DNA from: Takakia lepidozioides
Lineage: Eukaryota > Plantae > Bryophyta
Assembly: GCA_030704615.1 (NCBI GenBank)
Contig: CM060731.1
Coordinates: 51,646,001 to 51,710,000, forward strand
Direction: 5' to 3'
DNA: 64,000 bases
A program made the translations under genes and the position numbers. Below the pieces are notes generated by a model, which had not been told where the DNA came from, searched no databases, and worked only from the letters and a program-made list of their open reading frames with translations. This document shows positions 59,582 to 64,000 of the stretch, piece by piece. Positions within the stretch are counted from its first letter, which is position 1. Each line of letters begins with the position of its first letter.

Positions 59582-62500
59582 ATGGAGAGAGCAAGGCAGA
59601 TGGCGGTGAGGCGTCTGCTGCAGCATGCGCTGCGGAGGCCAGCCTCGGCAGCCCTGTTCCATTCCAGGACGTATCCGAGTACCTCACAGGCTGCCCCACT
59701 AGCTGCTCTCCAGGATTTCGGTGCTTCTGTTTTCGGGACAAGGAGGACATGGAGTGCAGTTTCCGAATTGCCTGCAGCAGTTCGTGGCATTTCGGTGGAG
59801 TCACTCAAGCCCAGTGACACTTTCCAAAGGCGCCATAACAGCCCAACACCAGCTGAGCAGAGCGTGATGGCAGAGACTTGTGGGTTCTCGAGCCTTGATG
59901 AGCTGATTGATGCTACTGTGCCAAAGGCGATTCGCAGGTCGGGTATGGAGCTTGGAAAATACAGCGAGGGGTTGACTGAGAGTCAGTTGCTGGTACATTT
60001 CAAGGCTCTGGCATCCAAGAACAAGGTACTGAAGTCGTACATCGGTATGGGCTATTACGACACGCATGTTCCTCCCGTCATTCTTAGAAACATTATGGAA
60101 AATCCCGGGTGGTACACTCAGTACACTCCTTACCAGGCAGAAATTGCTCAAGGACGGCTTGAGTCTCTTCTCAACTTCCAAACGATGATTACAGACCTCA
60201 CATCGATGCCAATGTCGAATGCCTCCCTTCTTGATGAAGCCACTGCTGCTGCGGAGGCGATGACCATGTGTAGTAATATTGCCCGTGGCAGGAAGAGGAC
60301 ATTCTTGGTGGCTGACAATTGTCATCCTCAAACAATCGATGTGTGTAAGACTCGTGCAGACGGGCTTGGAATGAATGTCGTTGTTTCTAACTACAAGAAG
60401 TTCGATTATAGTCGCAAGGATGTCTGTGGAGTTCTGGTGCAGTACCCTGCCACAGATGGTCAAGTGATTGATTATTCTGATTTCATTAAGATGGCGCATT
60501 CTCAAGGTGTGAAAGTGGTAATGGCCACTGATTTACTGGCTCTCACTGTTTTAAAACCACCCGGAGAGCTTGGAGCAGACATGGTAGTCGGATCTGCCCA
60601 GCGATTTGGAGTGCCAATGGGTTTTGGAGGGCCGCATGCCGCATTCCTCGCAACATCCCAGGAATACAAGCGGCTAATGCCGGGCCGCATCATAGGTGTG
60701 AGTGTGGATGCAACTGGAAAGCCTGCTTTGCGGATGGCCATGCAGACCCGTGAGCAACACATTCGTCGCGATAAGGCAACCAGTAATATTTGCACTGCAC
60801 AGGTTGACAATTCTTCCTGGTGTCATGACTGTCTTTTGGTCGAAGTAATCGTTCTGTGGAGACTATCCATTTGGGCGAAATCACTTTCCATATCTTGCTA
60901 ATTTTCAGGATGTGATGTTAGCCAGGATTTAGTACTGGCCAAGTGTATGTACCGTAAACTTTGCTTGTGCTGAGAAATGGTCTTAGGCCTTTGTTGATGG
61001 TAAGAGGGCTCACCTGTTGGGTTTCAGGCTTTGCTGGCAAACATGGCAGCAATGTATGCAGTCTATCATGGCCCAGCAGGACTGAAGATCATAGCGGATC
61101 GTGTACATGGGCTGGCAGCAGTATTTTCAGCTGGCGTGGCAAAGCTGGGCATCACTGTTGGTTCATCACCATTCTTTGACACTGTGAAGATAACAGTGGG
61201 CGAAGGAGAAGCAGAGAAGTACTCGAAGGCAGCAAGTGAGAAGGGATCTAATGTGCGAGTGCTAGATCAGAATACAGTGAGTGCCCCTTACTTCTTGTAT
61301 AAACCATATGTAAGCTCGAGGGACATAAAGATCTGTGCGCATGGATCTTGAAAACACTTTGGGTTTAGATGTTTTGCTTTGTGAATGGTGATGTCGAGTG
61401 CTTGTGTGCCTTTCACTTCGCAGAAAGTCTCTATGTTTTCACCTAGCCCCTCTTCATGTGTATTATTTTCTTTCAAAATGGATGAGATCCTCTGTGTTTG
61501 AACTACAGCAGAATGGATGCCACATACACTGTGGGACAACAATTAGAGATAGACTCAATGGAGTTCTTGTTAATTGTATGACTCTCATAGGTGCAAAGAC
61601 TGTAGGACCTGTACAGGCACACTCTGTCAGGACTCCTTAGGTGGCATGTGACACCTTAGGTGTCATGATGAAGTATAAGAGTTTCCTCAGCTCTCATTTT
61701 TATCATGATGGTATATATATGTGAGCCACTGACATTAATTTTTCATGTCATGCAGATCACTGTTTCTTTTGATGAGACGACAACTCTGGCAGATGTAGAT
61801 AAGCTGTTTCAGATATTTGCAGGAAGCAAGACAGTAAGTGAAACTTAAATCGCATGTTTGGAAGTTTGGTTCTATTTCTTGGTGTTTGCTGCATCTGGCT
61901 GTACATAATGTGGCAGTACGTGGACTTGTTTGTTTGACAAAGGCATATAATATGGTGAAATGACTTCCGGTAAAATTTCAGGTTGACTTCACTGCCGAGC
62001 ACCTTGCCTCAGAGGTTCAGCCTTCCATTCCAAGCACTCTGGAGCGTGACACTCCCTACCTCACTCATCCAGTCTTTAATATGTGAGTAGTGCTGCTGCC
62101 TTTTGATTGCTGGGTGCACCTATCTATGGTAGGAGGAGGGTGGGCCTGACATGGAATGTATAGTCAAGATGGTTGGGAGTGGGTGCATGTTGTGAGAGGT
62201 TCAGCCCAAGCATGTACATTTCTAAGAATACCTTCTTAAATATCAGGTATCACTCAGAGCATGAGCTGCTGCGCTATCTCCACAGACTGCAAGCAAGGGA
62301 TCTTTCTTTGTGCCACAGCATGATTCCGTTGGGCTCTTGCACCATGAAACTCAATGCTACCACAGAAATGATACCAGTCACATGGCCAGAACTTGCAAAT
62401 CTTCATCCATTTGCACCAGTGGACCAGACTCTTGGTTACCAGGTTCACATCTGCAGATACTTATGGTGCTGTAGACATCATGTCTTCCTCAAATTTCTTG

Positions 62501-63453
62501 TTGTGACAGAATAATGATAGGCATGATTTACATTTAGTGATGTCTGTTTATGGTAAATGTTCTGTCAGTGCCCATTTACCCCTTTTTCTCCTTACGTGGC
62601 AGGAAATGTTTCAAGAATTAGGCGAGCTGCTATGTGAGATCACTGGCTTTGACTCAATGTCGCTACAGCCCAATGCTGGTGCTGCTGGGGAATACGCAGG
62701 GCTTATGGTTATTCGGGCTTACCACCAGGTAGGCACACACCTTTCTTGCATGTTGGAAGTTGACAGTGATCTTTGACGTTTCTTTTTGAAGGAAGCCAAA
62801 TGGCGTCCGTAATGTATGCTTTGACACTGGACGTGATTGACATACATACCTTGCGACAGGCACGAGGCGACAATCATCGCAATGTCTGTATCATCCCAGT
62901 GTCTGCCCATGGTACCAATCCTGCCAGTGCCGCAATGTGTGGTATGAAGATTGTGACAATTGGTACTGATGAGCAAGGAAATGTCAACATTAGCGAGCTG
63001 AAACAAGCAGCCGAAACGCACAAAGACAATCTAGCTGCTCTTATGGTAAGTTGCTCCTGCTATGAGGTACATATATTGTTGGATAATTCATAATCTAGGT
63101 GCAAGAAACTGCATGTACACACACACGGTTGCATAGTTGCATGTACACATCCTGTAAGACAAAATTACACTAGTAGCTAGTGTTTTTTTAGGATACTGTG
63201 GACCCCTTGTCGCTATGTTAGTTGGCCAGACACAGTCCATACTTGGAAGAGGGCACAACGACCTATTGGTGTATGTACATGAAGTGCTTGATGGGGAATC
63301 TAGGTTTAATTTTCCTTGCCTTGTTCACTACGTTTACAGGTGACATATCCTTCGACACATGGTGTGTATGAGGATGGTATCGATGAAATTTGCAACATCA
63401 TACATGAGAATGGGGGCCAAGTCTATATGGATGGTGCGAATATGAATGCACAG
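59582..63453 (+). CDS. GLDP: Glycine decarboxylase P-protein, mitochondrial; 3' part beyond window. Exons 59582-60802, 61028-61276, 61756-61833, 61982-62082, 62247-62442, 62603-62728, 62860-63045, 63340-63453
   Basis: MERAR presequence; [80 protein letters not shown]; canonical GT-AG introns. Confidence 0.98.
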
Positions 63454-64000
63454 GTGAGGAAAGTTGTGCAGCGTGCTTTCAGAAGGCTGGGTTCCCTTGT
63501 CTGTGAACCTAACTGAGTTTGTCAAGCTGTGATTGACTAAATGTAGGGGCATATATTCTTGGAAACCTGGAAATATTGTTGCCAATTGAAAGAAATCTAT
63601 CCACCAAACGTAAGGGAGGCAAAAGAGTTGTCTAACATGTGAACCAGAAACAAGCTGGAGCACACCCGCATGGGGCGGGTTTATCATTTACCCAGATTTA
63701 CCCAACTGGATATCAATCTGGGTATCTGGATTTTGACCTGGCGGGTATAAACGAGTTCAGAGTTTGAAAGTAATATTAATTAAAAATTTAACTATAATAT
63801 ATATATATAACTACTTACATACGTTTTAACCCTTTAAAGAAAAACTACATTATAACAAATATATAAATAGTTTAATTTCTTAAAGCCCATATCTGGAATT
63901 GTTCGACTGGTATTATTAATATTCTTCTTTATTTTTATTATATTCTCTATTATTGATACCTAGTGTATCTATACCGTGCAGTTAAAAACCATGGTAGAAC

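Noticed and set aside
59801-60505. Long antisense/overlapping ORFs over GLDP (and likewise over SAD, purH, FIP2 and the PPR genes)
   Set aside because: Shadow frames of real coding sequence with no recognisable motifs.
63660-63960. Possible MITE in a GLDP intron
   Set aside because: Only short imperfect inverted motifs and AT-rich DNA at the window edge; boundaries cannot be defined.

Overview
Nuclear DNA of a non-flowering land plant. PLS-DYW PPR genes and moss-like GDC-P/SAD proteins suggest a bryophyte; this is an inference. Host genes in order: an unidentified multi-exon membrane-protein gene (5' part outside the window), an intronless FIP2/KCTD9-like BTB + pentapeptide-repeat gene with a 3' frameshift, SEC61-gamma, a cluster of four PLS-class PPR RNA-editing factor loci (two intact PLS-E-DYW, two broken), a filament-like plant protein (FPP) remnant, a stearoyl-ACP desaturase, an alpha/beta hydrolase, an intronless purH and the 5' part of glycine decarboxylase P. 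LINE fragments, MITE-like inverted repeats and tandem repeats lie between them. The standout is a decayed Ty3/Gypsy retrotransposon (minus strand, ~43.5-51 kb). Its polyprotein has a full DNMT3-like cytosine-5 methyltransferase domain between protease and RT, and a PHD finger after integrase, i.e. a chromatin writer and reader carried by the element. Second is a ~200-bp tandem repeat (54 kb) whose unit is a spliceable 96-nt phase-0 exon plus intron.
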